64,000 nt of DNA from Flavobacteriales bacterium. GTDB taxonomy: Bacteria > Bacteroidota > Bacteroidia > DT-38. The translations under genes and the position numbers were made by a program. Under the pieces are notes generated by a model. The model was not told where the DNA came from. It did no database searches and worked only from the letters and a program-made list of their open reading frames with translations. Location: the NCBI GenBank assembly GCA_013214205.1, contig JABSPQ010000127.1:7613-71612 (forward strand). Reading direction: 5' to 3'. Shown here in pieces: positions 42,156 through 54,726 of the stretch. How positions within the stretch are numbered: the first letter of the stretch is position 1; the number at the start of each line of letters is the position of its first letter.

Positions 42156-43481
42156 TTACGCCGGATTTAGCGAATGTCGACCTTTAATCTTACCAGTCTT
42201 CATTAACCCATCGTAATGGCGCATCAACAGATGACTTTCAATTTGTTGTAATGTATCTAATACTACCCCTACCATAATTAATAAGGAAGTACCTCCAAAA
42301 AAGTTTGCGAACGATCTATCCACACTTAATATTGATGCAAATGCAGGTAATATCGCTACGAAAGCTAAAAATATTGAACCTGGCAATGTAATTCTTGACA
42401 ATATCGTATCTAAAAATTCTGCTGTTTTCTTTCCTGGTTTAACTCCAGGAATAAAACCTCCATTCTTTTTCATGTCATCGGCCATTTGATTTGGATTAAC
42501 ACTAATTGCCGTGTAGAAATAAGTGAATAGAATAATCATTACTGCAAACAATGCGTTGTACCAAAACCCATCTATATTCGCCAATGCTCCAGTTATTCCA
42601 GACATAGAATCACCACCTGCAAAGCCTAAAAACTGAACTGGTAACAATACAACCATTTGCGCGAAGATAATAGGCATAACACCTGCTGCGTTTACTTTAA
42701 GAGGAATGTATTGTCTAACTCCTCCATATTGTTTATTCCCAACTATCTTTTTTGCGTATTGAACAGGTATACGCCTCGTCCCTTGTACCAGTAGTATTGT
42801 TACAACCACTATCAGAAGAAGTATTACTAGTTCAATTAAAAAGGTAACCAATCCACCAGCACCATCTAATTTACTAGCAAATTCTTTAATAAATGCTGAA
42901 GGTAGATTTGCAATGATCCCAATCATAATTAATAAGGAAATTCCATTACCAATTCCTTTATCGGTAATTCGTTCACCCAACCACATTACGAACAATGTAC
43001 CTGTTACTAGAATAACTGTAGATGGTAGTATAAAACCTAAAAACGAATTATCCAATATTGCAATCTCCGGCACTTGAGTTGACAAGTAAGTAGGCGCTTG
43101 AATCAATGTTAAAGCTACAGTTAAGAACCTAGTCCATTGATTAATTTTCCGTCTACCGCTCTCGCCATCTCTTTGCAGTTTCTGAATTTGCGGTACAGCA
43201 AACCCTAAAACCTGCATCATAATAGACGCCGAGATATAAGGCATTATTCCCAAAGCTAAAATAGAAGCTCTAGAAAAAGCACCCCCTGCAAACATATTAA
43301 TGATTCCAGCTAAGCCTTCAGCGTCACTTGTATTCGCTTCAAGCAAATCAGCATCAACACCAGGCAATATAATAAATGAGCCTATCCTATATACCAAAAT
43401 TAGTCCAAGCGTATTCAGGATTCTTGTTCTAAGATCCTCAATCGTCCAGATATTCTTAAGTGTATTTAGGAAATTTCTCAT
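42156..43481 (-). CDS. secY: Preprotein translocase SecY
   Basis: LGIMPYISASI, GIGNGISL, GGTSLLI. Confidence 0.99.
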   Translation of the reverse strand: MRNFLNTLKNIWTIEDLRTRILNTLGLILVYRIGSFIILPGVDADLLEANTSDAEGLAGIINMFAGGAFSRASILALGIMPYISASIMMQVLGFAVPQIQKLQRDGESGRRKINQWTRFLTVALTLIQAPTYLSTQVPEIAILDNSFLGFILPSTVILVTGTLFVMWLGERITDKGIGNGISLLIMIGIIANLPSAFIKEFASKLDGAGGLVTFLIELVILLLIVVVTILLVQGTRRIPVQYAKKIVGNKQYGGVRQYIPLKVNAAGVMPIIFAQMVVLLPVQFLGFAGGDSMSGITGALANIDGFWYNALFAVMIILFTYFYTAISVNPNQMADDMKKNGGFIPGVKPGKKTAEFLDTILSRITLPGSIFLAFVAILPAFASILSVDRSFANFFGGTSLLIMVGVVLDTLQQIESHLLMRHYDGLMKTGKIKGRHSLNPA

Positions 43482-43486
43482 CAGTT

Positions 43487-43942
43487 CTATTTGGTTATAA
43501 TAGTTGCTGTTCCTCCGGCTGCTTCAATTAATTTTTTAGCAGTTTCCGAAAATGCATGTGCGGTGATCTCTAATTTAGCTTTAAGTTCTCCTTTTCCGAG
43601 AATTTTAACTAAATCTTTCTTTTGTACTACACCATTTGCGATTAGTACTTCAAGATCAATTTTTTCTAGTTTTTTACTATCAGCTAAAGCTTGAAGTAAG
43701 TTTACATTAACACCTTTGAATTCTTTTCTATTGATGTTTCTGAAACCAAACTTAGGCACTCTACGCTGTAAAGGCATTTGACCACCTTCAAAACCTTTCT
43801 TAGTTCTCCAGCCAGATCTAGCTTGTTGTCCTTTATGACCTTTACCGGTTGTATGTCCACCATACCCTGATCCTTGTCCTCTACCTAGTCTCTTTCTGTC
43901 CTTGGTAGACCCTTCATTAGGTTTTAAATTGCTTAAATCCAT
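43487..43942 (-). CDS. rplO: 50S ribosomal protein L15
   Basis: GFEGGQMPL.RR.PKFGF. Confidence 0.99.
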   Translation of the reverse strand: MDLSNLKPNEGSTKDRKRLGRGQGSGYGGHTTGKGHKGQQARSGWRTKKGFEGGQMPLQRRVPKFGFRNINRKEFKGVNVNLLQALADSKKLEKIDLEVLIANGVVQKKDLVKILGKGELKAKLEITAHAFSETAKKLIEAAGGTATIITK

Positions 43943-43944
43943 GA

Positions 43945-44127
43945 TTACTTAACTTCTTCTACTGTTAATAAGTGCCTAATTGCATGAACCATTCCAAGTA
44001 TTTGAGGAGTGTCTTCATGTATTACTTCTTGCTGCATTTTTTTAATGCCTAAAGCGATCAGTGTCCTTTTTTGACGTTCTGTTCTGTTGATCTGCGATCT
44101 AACTTGCTTAACTTTTATCTTAGCCAT
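43945..44127 (-). CDS. rpmD: 50S ribosomal protein L30
   Basis: Size, sequence and position. Confidence 0.97.
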   Translation of the reverse strand: MAKIKVKQVRSQINRTERQKRTLIALGIKKMQQEVIHEDTPQILGMVHAIRHLLTVEEVK

Positions 44128-44131
44128 CTTC

Positions 44132-44650
44132 TTATCCGTTGAATACTTTGTTCATTTCAATACCTCTGTGTTGAGCAACTGTAACAGCATCTCTCATTTG
44201 CATCAAAGCTTCGATAGTCGCTTTTACAACGTTATGAGGATTCGAAGATCCCTTTGATTTAGCCAACACGTTCTTAATTCCTACACTTTCAAATACAGCT
44301 CTCATTGCACCACCGGCAATTACACCTGTACCATGAGCAGCTGGTTTAATTAAAACAAATGCACCTGAATATTTTCCTTCTTGAGAATGAGGAACAGTTC
44401 CATTTATTACTGGAATTTTCACCAAGTTTTTCTTTGCATCATCTATTCCTTTAGAAATAGCTGTTGCAACTTCATTTGCTTTTCCTAGGCCATGACCTAC
44501 AACTCCATTACCATCTCCAACAACAACGATTGCTGAAAATCCAAAATTTCTACCACCTTTGGTTACCTTGGTAACACGGTTGATCGCTACGAGTTTATCT
44601 TTCAACTCGATTTCACTCGATCTTACCTTTTTTACATCTGTACTTGCCAT
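44132..44650 (-). CDS. rpsE: 30S ribosomal protein S5
   Basis: [18 protein letters not shown]. Confidence 0.99.
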   Translation of the reverse strand: MASTDVKKVRSSEIELKDKLVAINRVTKVTKGGRNFGFSAIVVVGDGNGVVGHGLGKANEVATAISKGIDDAKKNLVKIPVINGTVPHSQEGKYSGAFVLIKPAAHGTGVIAGGAMRAVFESVGIKNVLAKSKGSSNPHNVVKATIEALMQMRDAVTVAQHRGIEMNKVFNG

Positions 44651-44656
44651 GATATA

Positions 44657-45010
44657 CTAAAATTTTAATCCACCTTCTCTAGCGCCTTCTGCTAAAGATT
44701 TAATTCTACCGTGATATAAATATCCACCTCTGTCAAAACGAACTGCAGATATTCCTGCTTTAATCGCTTTTTCCGCTATACTTTTTCCTACTGCAACTGC
44801 TTTTTCAGAAGCTGTGCCTTTTTCTGCACCTTTTGTAGTTTTAGTAGAAGCACTTGCTAGAGTAACACCGTTCACATCATCAATTAATTGAGAATAGATA
44901 TTCTTGTTACTTCTAAACACGGCTAATCTTGGACACTCTGCTGATCCTTTGATCACCTTTCGGATCCTTCTTTTAACCCTTATTCTTCTTTCGTTCTTAG
45001 TTAACGCCAT
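44657..45010 (-). CDS. rplR: 50S ribosomal protein L18
   Basis: [11 protein letters not shown]. Confidence 0.99.
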   Translation of the reverse strand: MALTKNERRIRVKRRIRKVIKGSAECPRLAVFRSNKNIYSQLIDDVNGVTLASASTKTTKGAEKGTASEKAVAVGKSIAEKAIKAGISAVRFDRGGYLYHGRIKSLAEGAREGGLKF

Positions 45011-45030
45011 AATTGATAAACTTATCAGTA

Positions 45031-45585
45031 TTATTTAGCTACAGTTTTACCTGCTTTTCTTCTTAATTCCTCTCCAACAAACTTGATACCTTTACCCTTA
45101 TATGGCTCTGGTTTTCTCAATGATCTAATTTTCGCTGCCACTTGGCCGATCAATTGTTTGTCTGCAGATTCTAATATTACACGTGGTGGCTTACCTTTTT
45201 GTGTATCGGTAGTCAATTTAATCTCCTCTGGCATTTCCAAGATAATGTTATGAGAATAACCCAATAACATTTCAAGTTTCTGACCAATGTTTGAAGCTTT
45301 ATAACCTACACCCACTAATTCCTGCTCTGTTTTAAAACCTTCGCTTACACCAATAACCATGTTATTGATTAATGATCTGTAAAGACCATGTTTTGCTCTG
45401 TGGTCTTTCTCATCAGTTTTTCTTGCAACAGAAATAACACCTTCTTCAACTTTAACACTTATACAAGTATCAACTGTTTCAGTTAGTTCTCCTTTAGGTC
45501 CTTTTACAGATACTACGCCCTCAGCTGAAACTTTCACTTCAACTCCCGAAGGAACATTTATAATTGCATTTCCAATTCTAGACAT
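45031..45585 (-). CDS. rplF: 50S ribosomal protein L6
   Basis: [14 protein letters not shown]. Confidence 0.99.
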   Translation of the reverse strand: MSRIGNAIINVPSGVEVKVSAEGVVSVKGPKGELTETVDTCISVKVEEGVISVARKTDEKDHRAKHGLYRSLINNMVIGVSEGFKTEQELVGVGYKASNIGQKLEMLLGYSHNIILEMPEEIKLTTDTQKGKPPRVILESADKQLIGQVAAKIRSLRKPEPYKGKGIKFVGEELRRKAGKTVAK

Positions 45586-45597
45586 CTCTCTAATTTT

Positions 45598-45993
45598 TTA
45601 AGATACGTGACAAAGTACTTCGCCACCTACGTTTAAGTTACGTGCTTCTTTATCCGACATAACTCCTTTCGAAGTTGAAACAATCGCTATACCCAAACCA
45701 TTTAATACTCTTGGCATTTCGCTGCACGCTGTATAAGTTCTTAAACCTGGACGGCTAATTCTCTTAAGCGTTTTAATCGCAGGAGCGTTTGAAGTAGGAT
45801 GATATTTTAAAGCGATTTTGATGTTATCTTGGGGTTTAAGTTCTTCAAACTTATAGTTCATGATATATCCTTTCTCGAATAATATCTTAGTCATTTCTTT
45901 TTTCAAGTTAGAAGCAGGAATATCTACTACACGGTGCTTTGCACTCACTGCATTCCTAATTCTAGTCAAAAAATCTGCTATCGGATCTGTCAT
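45598..45993 (-). CDS. rpsH: 30S ribosomal protein S8
   Basis: [13 protein letters not shown]. Confidence 0.99.
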   Translation of the reverse strand: MTDPIADFLTRIRNAVSAKHRVVDIPASNLKKEMTKILFEKGYIMNYKFEELKPQDNIKIALKYHPTSNAPAIKTLKRISRPGLRTYTACSEMPRVLNGLGIAIVSTSKGVMSDKEARNLNVGGEVLCHVS

Positions 45994-46013
45994 TGTCTTT
46001 CTTCTTTATTTTA

Positions 46014-46283
46014 TTACCAGCTGGCTTTAGTTACTCCGGGGATTAATCCATAGTTTGCCATTTCTCTAAAAGTTACCCTTGATATTCCAAATTGTCTCAT
46101 GTAACCTTTTGGTCTCCCAGTAAGTTTACATCTATTGTGTAATCTAGTTGGAGATGAGTTTTTAGGTAACTTTTGTAAACCCTCATAATCTCCAGCAGCT
46201 TTCAACGCAGCACGTTTTGCAGCATATCGAGCAACTAATTTTTGTCTTTTAACCTCTCGGGCTTTCATCGATTCTTTAGCCAT
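46014..46283 (-). CDS. rpsN: 30S ribosomal protein S14 (89-aa, zinc-independent form)
   Basis: [20 protein letters not shown]. Confidence 0.99.
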   Translation of the reverse strand: MAKESMKAREVKRQKLVARYAAKRAALKAAGDYEGLQKLPKNSSPTRLHNRCKLTGRPKGYMRQFGISRVTFREMANYGLIPGVTKASW

Positions 46284-46290
46284 GTCTTAA

Positions 46291-46839
46291 TTATTTTTTT
46301 TTAAATGGGAAACCAAATTCCTTCAATAAGGCCATGCCTTCTTCGTCGGTTTTTGCAGTTGTAACAAATGTTAAATCCATTCCTGAAATCTTATCTACTT
46401 TATCAATGTTTATCTCAGGAAAAATTAATTGTTCCTTAATACCCATTGTGAAATTTCCTCTTCCGTCAAATTTACCAGAAATTCCTCTAAAGTCACGAAT
46501 TCTTGGAATAGAAGCTGCAATCAAACGATCTAAAAATTCATACATGATCTCTCCCCTCAAGGTAACTTTAGAACCAATTGGCATTCCTTTTCTCAACTTA
46601 AAGTTAGAGATATCTTTCTTAGAATAGGTAGCAACTGCTTTCTGACCAGCTATCATTGTCATTTCTTGAACTGCAGAGTCAATCAACTTTTTATCGCTTA
46701 CACCAGCACCAACTCCTTGATTAAGGCATATCTTTTGCAACTTTGGTGTTTGCATAATTGAACTGTACGCAAACTTCTCTTTAAGAGCAAGCTTAATCTC
46801 GTCGTTGTATTTAGTTTTAAGTCTAGGTGTGTATTTCAT
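46291..46839 (-). CDS. rplE: 50S ribosomal protein L5
   Basis: [14 protein letters not shown]. Confidence 0.99.
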   Translation of the reverse strand: MKYTPRLKTKYNDEIKLALKEKFAYSSIMQTPKLQKICLNQGVGAGVSDKKLIDSAVQEMTMIAGQKAVATYSKKDISNFKLRKGMPIGSKVTLRGEIMYEFLDRLIAASIPRIRDFRGISGKFDGRGNFTMGIKEQLIFPEINIDKVDKISGMDLTFVTTAKTDEEGMALLKEFGFPFKKK

Positions 46840-46841
46840 CT

Positions 46842-47159
46842 TTATACTAATTCATTCGATTTTTTAGAAAATCTTTGCAATTTTCCATCTTCTAACCTTT
46901 TACCTGTGCGTGTTGCCTCTCCTGTTTTAGGATCTACGAATTTCAAGTTAGAAACATGTAAGCTAGCTTCTTTCTTAATTATCCCTCCCTGAGGATTTGC
47001 AGCATTCGGCTTTGTGTGTTTTGAAACTAAATTAACACCTTCAACAACAGCTCTGTCGTTTTTTGTATCAATAAGCAACACTCTACCTTGTTCGCCTTTA
47101 GACTCACCTGAAATTACTTTCACGGTATCGCCTTTTTTTATGTGTAGTTTTTTCTTCAT
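46842..47159 (-). CDS. rplX: 50S ribosomal protein L24
   Basis: IKKGDTV.VISG KOW motif. Confidence 0.99.
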   Translation of the reverse strand: MKKKLHIKKGDTVKVISGESKGEQGRVLLIDTKNDRAVVEGVNLVSKHTKPNAANPQGGIIKKEASLHVSNLKFVDPKTGEATRTGKRLEDGKLQRFSKKSNELV

Positions 47160-47164
47160 AACAA

Positions 47165-47533
47165 TTATATCACCTCTGGTGCTAGAGAAACTATTTTCAT
47201 GAATTTCTTCTCTCTTAATTCTCTTGCAACAGGTCCAAAAATTCTTGTTCCTCTCATTTCGCCTGAATCATCTAATAACACTACTGCATTATCATCAAAT
47301 CTGATGTGAGAACCGTCTTTTCTTCTAATTTCTTTTTTTGCTCTTACTACAACAGCTTTTGACACTGTACCTTTTTTTACATTTCCATTAGGAACTGCAT
47401 GCTTAACGGTAACAACAATTTTATCACCTAAAGAAGCGTATCTTCTTTTTGAACCGCCCAATACTCTAATGCAAAGAACTTCTTTCGCTCCGCAGTTATC
47501 TGCTACTCCTAACCTTGACTCTTGTTGTACCAT
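47165..47533 (-). CDS. rplN: 50S ribosomal protein L14
   Basis: [19 protein letters not shown]. Confidence 0.99.
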   Translation of the reverse strand: MVQQESRLGVADNCGAKEVLCIRVLGGSKRRYASLGDKIVVTVKHAVPNGNVKKGTVSKAVVVRAKKEIRRKDGSHIRFDDNAVVLLDDSGEMRGTRIFGPVARELREKKFMKIVSLAPEVI

Positions 47534-47558
47534 TTTTAAATCTTTTTGTTGTGATGCA

Positions 47559-47822
47559 TTATTTCACTTTTTCAATTACTTCAACCAATCTCCAGCATTT
47601 GTTCTTGCTTAATGGTTTGGTCTCCATTATTTTCACCGTGTCGCCAATGTTGCATTCATTTTTTTCATCGTGAGCAATAAATTTCTTAGAACGCTTAACA
47701 TACTTACCGTACTTAGGGTGCTTTACTTTTCTTTCTACCTCAACTGCAATAGACTTATCCATCTTATTGCTGGTAACCAAGCCTACTCTTTCTTTTCTAA
47801 GATTTCTGTTTTCAGTTTCCAT
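47559..47822 (-). CDS. rpsQ: 30S ribosomal protein S17
   Basis: KMDKSI, HPKYGK, PLSK. Confidence 0.99.
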   Translation of the reverse strand: METENRNLRKERVGLVTSNKMDKSIAVEVERKVKHPKYGKYVKRSKKFIAHDEKNECNIGDTVKIMETKPLSKNKCWRLVEVIEKVK

Positions 47823-47827
47823 AGCGC

Positions 47828-48040
47828 CTATGCTTTGTTATTTTTTTTCTCCTCCATCGCTCTCTTAGTCAATTCCGTTTGAAGTCTAGCGATAGTTCTT
47901 CTATTGTCTTTTATAGTCATTGGATTTTCTAAAGGTGAAACCGCGTGGTTCAACTTCATTTTCACCAAAGTCTCTTGAATGCTTTCAAGACGTTCTTTGA
48001 CTTCCTCTGTTCCTAATTCTCGTATTTCTGACGATTTCAT
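47828..48040 (-). CDS. rpmC: 50S ribosomal protein L29
   Basis: LENP..I...RRTIAR; position. Confidence 0.97.
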   Translation of the reverse strand: MKSSEIRELGTEEVKERLESIQETLVKMKLNHAVSPLENPMTIKDNRRTIARLQTELTKRAMEEKKNNKA

Positions 48041-48056
48041 CTTTTCTTTATCTTAA

Positions 48057-48476
48057 CTATTCTGTATAATCTCTTCTTACCACGAATTTCATAATCATTG
48101 GTAACTTCTGAGCTGAGAGTCTTAAGGCTTCTTTGGCAGTTTCCAAGTCAACACCTTCTATCTCGAATAATATTCTTCCTGGCTCAATTCTAGCAACCCA
48201 GTGATCTAGTCCACCTTTACCTTTACCCATTCTAACTTCCGCTGGTTTTTTGGTAATTGGCTTGTCTGGAAATACTCTGATCCAAACTTGACCTTCTCTT
48301 TTCATGAATCTTGTAACAGCAATCCTTGCTGCTTCTAACTGACGCGCCGTAACGAATCCACCTTTCAGTGCCTTAATACCGAATGATCCAAATGCAATTT
48401 CAGCTCCTCTGTTTGCATTTCCTTTCATTCTGCCCTTTTGGACATTACGATATTTTATTTTTTTCGGTTGTAACAT
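48057..48476 (-). CDS. rplP: 50S ribosomal protein L16
   Basis: MLQPK, RMGKGKG. Confidence 0.99.
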   Translation of the reverse strand: MLQPKKIKYRNVQKGRMKGNANRGAEIAFGSFGIKALKGGFVTARQLEAARIAVTRFMKREGQVWIRVFPDKPITKKPAEVRMGKGKGGLDHWVARIEPGRILFEIEGVDLETAKEALRLSAQKLPMIMKFVVRRDYTE

Positions 48477-48490
48477 ATCTCAATAAGTTC

Positions 48491-49195
48491 TTATCCTCTT
48501 TGACCTTGACCTTTTCCTCTAAACTTCGATTTTGGTTTTGATGCACCAATATTAGGAGACAAATCTCTTTTACCAAAAACTTCACCCTTACAAATCCACA
48601 CTTTAACACCAAGTCTACCATAAGTAGTGTGTGCCTCAGCCAAAGCGTAATCTATATCTGCTCTAAATGTATGCAATGGGATACGACCTTGTTTGAACTT
48701 TTCAGTTCTAGCCATCTCTGCACCATTTAATCTTCCTGCAACAGAAATCTTAATTCCTTCTGCTCCCATTCTCATTGTAGATGCTAAAGACATTTTAGCC
48801 GCTCTTCTGTAAGAAATTCTTCCTTCGATTTGACGAGCAATACTATTAGCAACTAATTTTGCATCTAGTTCTGGTCTCTTAATCTCGAATATGTTGATTT
48901 GAATTTCCTTACTCGTTACTTTCTTAAGCTCTTCTTTCAGTTTATCAACTTCCTGTCCTCCTTTACCAATGATGATACCTGGACGTGCAGTATTAATAGT
49001 TACTGTAATAAGTTTAAGTGTACGTTCAATAACAATTTTAGAAACACCTGCTTTCGCCATTCTAACTGTTAAGTACTCTCTGATTTTTGCGTCCTCTACT
49101 AACTTTTCGCTGTAGTCTCTTCCGCCGTACCAGTTAGAATCCCATCCTTTGATGTATCCTAATCTTAAACCAATTGGATTTGCTTTTTGCCCCAT
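48491..49195 (-). CDS. rpsC: 30S ribosomal protein S3
   Basis: [24 protein letters not shown]. Confidence 0.99.
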   Translation of the reverse strand: MGQKANPIGLRLGYIKGWDSNWYGGRDYSEKLVEDAKIREYLTVRMAKAGVSKIVIERTLKLITVTINTARPGIIIGKGGQEVDKLKEELKKVTSKEIQINIFEIKRPELDAKLVANSIARQIEGRISYRRAAKMSLASTMRMGAEGIKISVAGRLNGAEMARTEKFKQGRIPLHTFRADIDYALAEAHTTYGRLGVKVWICKGEVFGKRDLSPNIGASKPKSKFRGKGQGQRG

Positions 49196-49197
49196 TA

Positions 49198-49614
49198 TTA
49201 TGCTTTTTCTAATTCTTTTTTGATTGAATCTCCTACCACAAGCGTTATGTGGTTCGATCTTTTTCTAATTCTATGAGCTCTTCCTTGTGGAGCTGGTCTG
49301 AACCTTTTTAACTGACGTGCGCTATCAACGAATATTTCAGTCACAATTAAATCGTGATCTTCAATTCGTTCACTTTCGTTTTTTACTTGCCAGTTTGCCA
49401 ATGCAGATAACAAAAGTTTCTCTAATCTTCCAGATGCTTCTTTTGGACTGAATTTTAACAATTGAAGTGCTTTATCCACTTGAATACCTCTAACTTGGTC
49501 AGCAACCAATCTCATCTTTCTAGGTGAGGTAGGGCAGTTTCTCAAGCGAGCAAATGCTCTTTGCTTGTTATCTTCTTTCCGTTTATCGGCTGTATTTTTC
49601 TTACGAGATCCCAT
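49198..49614 (-). CDS. rplV: 50S ribosomal protein L22
   Basis: [24 protein letters not shown]. Confidence 0.99.
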   Translation of the reverse strand: MGSRKKNTADKRKEDNKQRAFARLRNCPTSPRKMRLVADQVRGIQVDKALQLLKFSPKEASGRLEKLLLSALANWQVKNESERIEDHDLIVTEIFVDSARQLKRFRPAPQGRAHRIRKRSNHITLVVGDSIKKELEKA

Positions 49615-49630
49615 TATTCAATAATTCTAC

Positions 49631-49900
49631 TTATTTCTTTTTACCAGCTGCGTGGCCTCTATATGTCCTAGTCGGAGAAAATTCTCCCAATTTGTGACCT
49701 ACCATATTTTCTGTTACAAAAACAGGAATGAATTTATTGCCATTGTGAACAGCTATTGTCAATCCAACAAACTCTGGAGATATCATTGATGCTCTTGACC
49801 AAGTTTTTATCACACTCTTCTTTGATGAACTTTGTGTCTCCGCTACTCTTTGAGCTAGCTTATAGTGAATAAATGGAGGCTTTTTTAATGATCGACTCAT
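49631..49900 (-). CDS. rpsS: 30S ribosomal protein S19
   Basis: [13 protein letters not shown]. Confidence 0.99.
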   Translation of the reverse strand: MSRSLKKPPFIHYKLAQRVAETQSSSKKSVIKTWSRASMISPEFVGLTIAVHNGNKFIPVFVTENMVGHKLGEFSPTRTYRGHAAGKKK

Positions 49901-49907
49901 GTTCTAC

Positions 49908-50732
49908 TTATTTTTTCCTTTTTTCAATAATATACTTGCTCGAAGCTTTCTTCTTCGATCTAGTCTTAAATCCTTTCGCTGGTATACCATTTCTAGATCT
50001 TGGGTGTCCACCTGAAGATTTACCTTCACCACCACCCATCGGGTGATCTACTGGATTCATAGCTACACCTCTTACTCTAGGCCTTCTACCCAACCATCTT
50101 GATTTACCCGCTTTACCTTTTCTTTCTAACATGTGCTCAGAGTTAGACACTGAACCGATAGTTGCTAAGCAAGTTGTTAAAATCATTCTTGTTTCACCAG
50201 AAGGCATTTTGATAACGGCATATTTACCATCTCTTGCATTAAGCTGTGCATGTGCACCTGCTCCTCTAGCAATAACTCCACCTCTACCCGGCTTCATCTC
50301 AATATTGTGAATCACAGAACCCAATGGAATATCAGCTAAAAACATTGCGTGTCCTACTTCAGGTATAGCATCTTTACCAGAAAGAATTTCTTGACCAACT
50401 TTTAATCCATTAGGACAAACGATGTATCTTTTTTCTCCATCAACATAATGAATCAAAGCGATTCTTGAAGTTCGGTTTGGATCGTACTCTACTGTAGCTA
50501 CTTTTCCAGGGATACCGTGCTTGTCTCTCTTGAAATCAATTATTCTATATTTCTTTTTATGACCACCACCTATATTACGTGTAGTCATTTTACCTGTGTT
50601 ATTTCTACCACCAGATCTTGCTTGAACAGCTAATAAGCTCTTCTCTGGAGTTGATGTAGTAACATCATCAAAATTGCCAACAACTTTGTGTCGTTGTCCC
50701 GGGGTAGTAGGTAATATTTTCTTAACAGCCAT
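49908..50732 (-). CDS. rplB: 50S ribosomal protein L2
   Basis: [19 protein letters not shown]. Confidence 0.99.
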   Translation of the reverse strand: MAVKKILPTTPGQRHKVVGNFDDVTTSTPEKSLLAVQARSGGRNNTGKMTTRNIGGGHKKKYRIIDFKRDKHGIPGKVATVEYDPNRTSRIALIHYVDGEKRYIVCPNGLKVGQEILSGKDAIPEVGHAMFLADIPLGSVIHNIEMKPGRGGVIARGAGAHAQLNARDGKYAVIKMPSGETRMILTTCLATIGSVSNSEHMLERKGKAGKSRWLGRRPRVRGVAMNPVDHPMGGGEGKSSGGHPRSRNGIPAKGFKTRSKKKASSKYIIEKRKK

Positions 50733-50744
50733 CGCTCTCTATAA

Positions 50745-51035
50745 TTAAATGCTATTGTAAATATCAAGTGTATCTCCTTTGGCTAATGAAATGATCGCTT
50801 TTTTAAACGATGATCTTCTTCCAACAACCAAACCAGATTTGGTATTTCTTCTCTTCATCTTGCCCAAGTAATTCATCGTGTTTACATCTTCAACAGCAAC
50901 ACCATACATTTTTTCGACTGCGTCTTTAATCTGTATCTTGTTGGCGTCAGCGTCAACGATAAATCCATACCTATTTAGATTCTCGCTTTGCAACGACATC
51001 TTTTCAGTAACTAATGGTTTAATTAAAATACTCAT
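50745..51035 (-). CDS. rplW: 50S ribosomal protein L23
   Basis: PLVTEK, ANKIQIK.AVE. Confidence 0.99.
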   Translation of the reverse strand: MSILIKPLVTEKMSLQSENLNRYGFIVDADANKIQIKDAVEKMYGVAVEDVNTMNYLGKMKRRNTKSGLVVGRRSSFKKAIISLAKGDTLDIYNSI

Positions 51036-51040
51036 AATTC

Positions 51041-51667
51041 TTAGTTCAATATCTTTTCTACCGTTCTAACTGCTTCTTCAGACATCATCACCGTATTTGC
51101 GTTTACGATATCGTAAGTAGTTAACTCGTCAATTAAAATCACTTTACATTTAGGAACATTCCTAGAAGCCAAGTACACATTGTTGTCTGCTTCGTTAAGT
51201 ATTAATAAAGTTTTCTTTTGATCCAACTTTAAGTTCTTAAGCAACTCAACATAATTTTTTGTTTTAGGTGCATCAAATGTGAAGCTCTCAAGGATAGTGA
51301 TTTCGTTATCTTTCGCTTTATAAGAGAAAGCTGATTTTCTAGCTAACTTTTTATACTTCTTATTCAATTTGAAACCATAATCTCTTGGCTGAGGACCAAA
51401 TGCTCTACCACCTTTTCTGAAGATAGGAGATTGGATGCTACCAGCTCTAGCAGTACCAGAACCTTTTTGTTTTTTAATCTTTCTTCTACTACCTGTTACT
51501 TCAGATCGTCCTTTAGCTTTAGATGTACCTTGTCTTTGATTGTTTCTGTACAATCTAACATCCATATAGATGGAATGATCGTTAGGCTCAATGCTAAAAA
51601 CATTGTCGTCTAATTTAACTTTTTTAGACGTTTTCTTACCGCTAATATTATATACTTCTAGTTCCAT
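51041..51667 (-). CDS. rplD: 50S ribosomal protein L4
   Basis: RQGT, QKGSG.AR.GS. Confidence 0.99.
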   Translation of the reverse strand: MELEVYNISGKKTSKKVKLDDNVFSIEPNDHSIYMDVRLYRNNQRQGTSKAKGRSEVTGSRRKIKKQKGSGTARAGSIQSPIFRKGGRAFGPQPRDYGFKLNKKYKKLARKSAFSYKAKDNEITILESFTFDAPKTKNYVELLKNLKLDQKKTLLILNEADNNVYLASRNVPKCKVILIDELTTYDIVNANTVMMSEEAVRTVEKILN

Positions 51668-51671
51668 TGAT

Positions 51672-52289
51672 CTATTTTTCTATTGTAACTATTGAACCGT
51701 TTGATCCAGGTATTGATCCTTTTAGAACTAAAAGGTTTTTTTCCGGAAGAACTTTAATTACTCTTAAATTCTGAACTGTTACTCTTTCGTTACCAGTTTG
51801 ACCTGCCATTCTCATTCCCTTGAATACTCTACCAGGATAAGATGCACCACCGATTGAACCAGGAGCTCTACCTCTATTGTGCTGTCCGTGAGTTTGACCA
51901 CCAACACCAGCAAATCCGTGTCTTTTTACAACACCTTGAAATCCTTTTCCGATAGATGTACCAGCAACATCAACCCAGTCACCTTCTTCAAAGATGTCTA
52001 ATTTGATTTCTGTTCCCAACTCTAAGTCAGCTTCAAATCCACCGAACTCAATCAATTTTGATTTAGCTCCTGTCTTAGCTTTCTTGAAATGCCCTTTTAA
52101 AGCATTGGTTACATTCTTATCTGTTTTGTCGCCATAACCAAGTTGTATAGCAGCATAACCGTCTTTTTCAACAGTTTTTACCTGAGTCACAACACAAGGT
52201 CCTGCCTCAACGATTGTACAAGCTACGTTTTTACCATCTTCTAGGTAAACACTTGTCATTCCAATTTTCTTTCCAATTAATCCAGACAT
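51672..52289 (-). CDS. rplC: 50S ribosomal protein L3
   Basis: [18 protein letters not shown]. Confidence 0.99.
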   Translation of the reverse strand: MSGLIGKKIGMTSVYLEDGKNVACTIVEAGPCVVTQVKTVEKDGYAAIQLGYGDKTDKNVTNALKGHFKKAKTGAKSKLIEFGGFEADLELGTEIKLDIFEEGDWVDVAGTSIGKGFQGVVKRHGFAGVGGQTHGQHNRGRAPGSIGGASYPGRVFKGMRMAGQTGNERVTVQNLRVIKVLPEKNLLVLKGSIPGSNGSIVTIEK

Positions 52290-52294
52290 CTTAG

Positions 52295-52600
52295 TTAGGC
52301 TTTAATTTCAACTTCTACCCCGCTAGGTAATTCTAAACTCATTAATGCATCAACAGTCTTAGATGTTGAGTTATATATATCCATTAATCTTTTGTGCGAA
52401 CAAAGTTGAAATTGCTCTCTTGCTTTCTTGTTCACGTGTGGAGATTTAAGAACAGTATAAATGTTTTTGTGTGTAGGCAATGGAATTGGTCCACTCACAA
52501 CAGCTCCAGTACTCTTTACAGTTTTTACAATCTTTTCAGCAGACTTGTCTACTAAATTGTGATCGTAAGACTTTAACTTAATTCTAATTTTCGATACCAT
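52295..52600 (-). CDS. rpsJ: 30S ribosomal protein S10
   Basis: [23 protein letters not shown]. Confidence 0.99.
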   Translation of the reverse strand: MVSKIRIKLKSYDHNLVDKSAEKIVKTVKSTGAVVSGPIPLPTHKNIYTVLKSPHVNKKAREQFQLCSHKRLMDIYNSTSKTVDALMSLELPSGVEVEIKA

Positions 52601-52606
52601 CTTCTA

Positions 52607-54715
52607 CTATTGAGCTGTTTCTAATTTACCTTTTGACTTTGAAATTACGTCTTCCGCAATACTTTTTGGACATTCATCGTAATGTGAAAACTCCATTGTT
52701 GAAGATGCTCTTCCTGAAGAAATAGTTCTTAAGTCAGTAACATATCCGAACATTTCAGAAAGAGGCACTTTAGCTTTAATTACTTGCGCATCTCCTCTTG
52801 AATCCATTCCCTCTACTTGCCCTCTTCTTCTGTTCAAATCTCCTACTACGTCACCCATGTTTGCTTCCGGTGTAACTATTTCCAATTTCATAATTGGCTC
52901 AAGTAACACAGGACCACATTTAGGCAATGAGTTTCGGTATGCCATCTTACCAGCAATCTCGAAAGATAATTGATCAGAATCAACTGCATGGAAAGAACCA
53001 TCTAATAGAGTTACTTTCAATCTATCTACAGGATATCCAGCCAATACACCATTTTGCATTGATTCTTTAAATCCTTTTTCGATAGAAGGAATAAATTCTC
53101 TAGGAACATTTCCACCTTTAATTTTGTTAACGAATTCTAAGCCTTCGTCATCCCCTTCAGTTGGTCCAACAATTACGTCAATATCAGCAAATTTACCTCT
53201 ACCACCCGATTGTTTTTTGTAAACCTCTCTGTGAGACACATCTTTTGTTATAGCCTCTTTATATGCTACTTGAGGCGCACCTTGGTTACATTCTACCTTG
53301 AATTCTCTCTTAAGTCTATCAACTAATATTTCAAGGTGAAGTTCACCCATACCAGAAATAATAGTTTGACCTGAAGCCTCATCAGTTTTAACGATAAAGG
53401 TTGGATCCTCTTCAGATAATTTACCAAGTCCTACTCCCAACTTATCTAAATCTGCCTGAGTTTTAGGCTCAATAGCAATACCAATTACTGGTTCTGGGAA
53501 TGACATTGATTCAAGAACGATTGGCTTCTTCTCAAAACAAAGCGTATCTCCTGTTCTTATATCTTTAAATCCTACTGCTGCACCAATGTCACCAGCTTCA
53601 ATTCTAGGAATAGAATTTTGCTTGTTAGAATGCATTTGGAAGATTCTAGAAATTCTTTCTTTCTTACCACTTCTTACATTCAACACATAACTTCCAGCAT
53701 CTAATGCACCAGAGTAAACTCTAAAGAAACATAATCTACCAACAAATGGATCAGTTGCAATTTTAAATGCTAAAGCTGCAAACGGCTCAGAAACATCTGG
53801 CTTTCTTAATTCTTCATCTTCACTATCAGGATTAGTTCCAATAATAGCTTCAACATCTAATGGGCTAGGAAGAAATTCCATTACCGCATCAAGCATTGTT
53901 TGTACACCTTTGTTCTTAAATGCAGATCCACATAAGATAGGAGTAATAGTCATATTGATCGTTGCAATTCTAATTGCTTCAAACATCTCAGCTTCTGTAA
54001 TAGAATCAGGATCTTCGAAATACTTTTCCATCAACGATTCATTAGACTCAGCAACTGCCTCAACTAATTTTTCTCTGTACTCCTCAACTACATCTTTAAT
54101 ATCATCTGGAATTGGAACTTCTTCCCAAGTCATACCTTGATCAGACTCATTCCAAACCATTCCTTTATTAGAGATCAAATCAACAACTCCTTTAAAGTCA
54201 TCTTCTGCTCCAATAGGAATTTGTAACGGAACTGGGTTAGCTCCTAATCTTTCTTTAATCTGACCAATTACACTTAAGAAGTCAGCACCAGAACGGTCCA
54301 TTTTATTAACGAAACCAATTCTTGGAACTTTGTATTTGTTAGCTTGTCTCCAAACCGTTTCTGATTGTGGCTCAACACCACCAACAGCGCAAAACAAAGC
54401 AACAGCACCATCTAATACTCTTAATGAACGCTCAACCTCAACAGTAAAATCAACGTGACCTGGAGTATCAATGATGTTCATTTTATACTCAGTACCTCTA
54501 TACTTCCAGAAAGTAGTAGTAGCAGCAGAAGTAATAGTAATACCTCTTTCTTGCTCTTGCTCCATCCAATCCATTGTAGCTGCTCCATCATGCACCTCAC
54601 CAATCTTGTGATTGACTCCTGTGTAATAAAGGATACGCTCAGTAGTTGTCGTTTTACCTGCATCAATGTGAGCCATGATGCCGATGTTCCTAGTATGTTT
54701 TAGATTGATAGCCAT
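52607..54715 (-). CDS. fusA: Elongation factor G
   Basis: [34 protein letters not shown]. Confidence 0.99.
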   Translation of the reverse strand: MAINLKHTRNIGIMAHIDAGKTTTTERILYYTGVNHKIGEVHDGAATMDWMEQEQERGITITSAATTTFWKYRGTEYKMNIIDTPGHVDFTVEVERSLRVLDGAVALFCAVGGVEPQSETVWRQANKYKVPRIGFVNKMDRSGADFLSVIGQIKERLGANPVPLQIPIGAEDDFKGVVDLISNKGMVWNESDQGMTWEEVPIPDDIKDVVEEYREKLVEAVAESNESLMEKYFEDPDSITEAEMFEAIRIATINMTITPILCGSAFKNKGVQTMLDAVMEFLPSPLDVEAIIGTNPDSEDEELRKPDVSEPFAALAFKIATDPFVGRLCFFRVYSGALDAGSYVLNVRSGKKERISRIFQMHSNKQNSIPRIEAGDIGAAVGFKDIRTGDTLCFEKKPIVLESMSFPEPVIGIAIEPKTQADLDKLGVGLGKLSEEDPTFIVKTDEASGQTIISGMGELHLEILVDRLKREFKVECNQGAPQVAYKEAITKDVSHREVYKKQSGGRGKFADIDVIVGPTEGDDEGLEFVNKIKGGNVPREFIPSIEKGFKESMQNGVLAGYPVDRLKVTLLDGSFHAVDSDQLSFEIAGKMAYRNSLPKCGPVLLEPIMKLEIVTPEANMGDVVGDLNRRRGQVEGMDSRGDAQVIKAKVPLSEMFGYVTDLRTISSGRASSTMEFSHYDECPKSIAEDVISKSKGKLETAQ

Positions 54716-54726
54716 AATTTCTTCAA

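Noticed and set aside
52295-52610. No tuf between fusA and rpsJ; map between secY and infA
   Set aside because: Ordinary arrangement in many Bacteroidota
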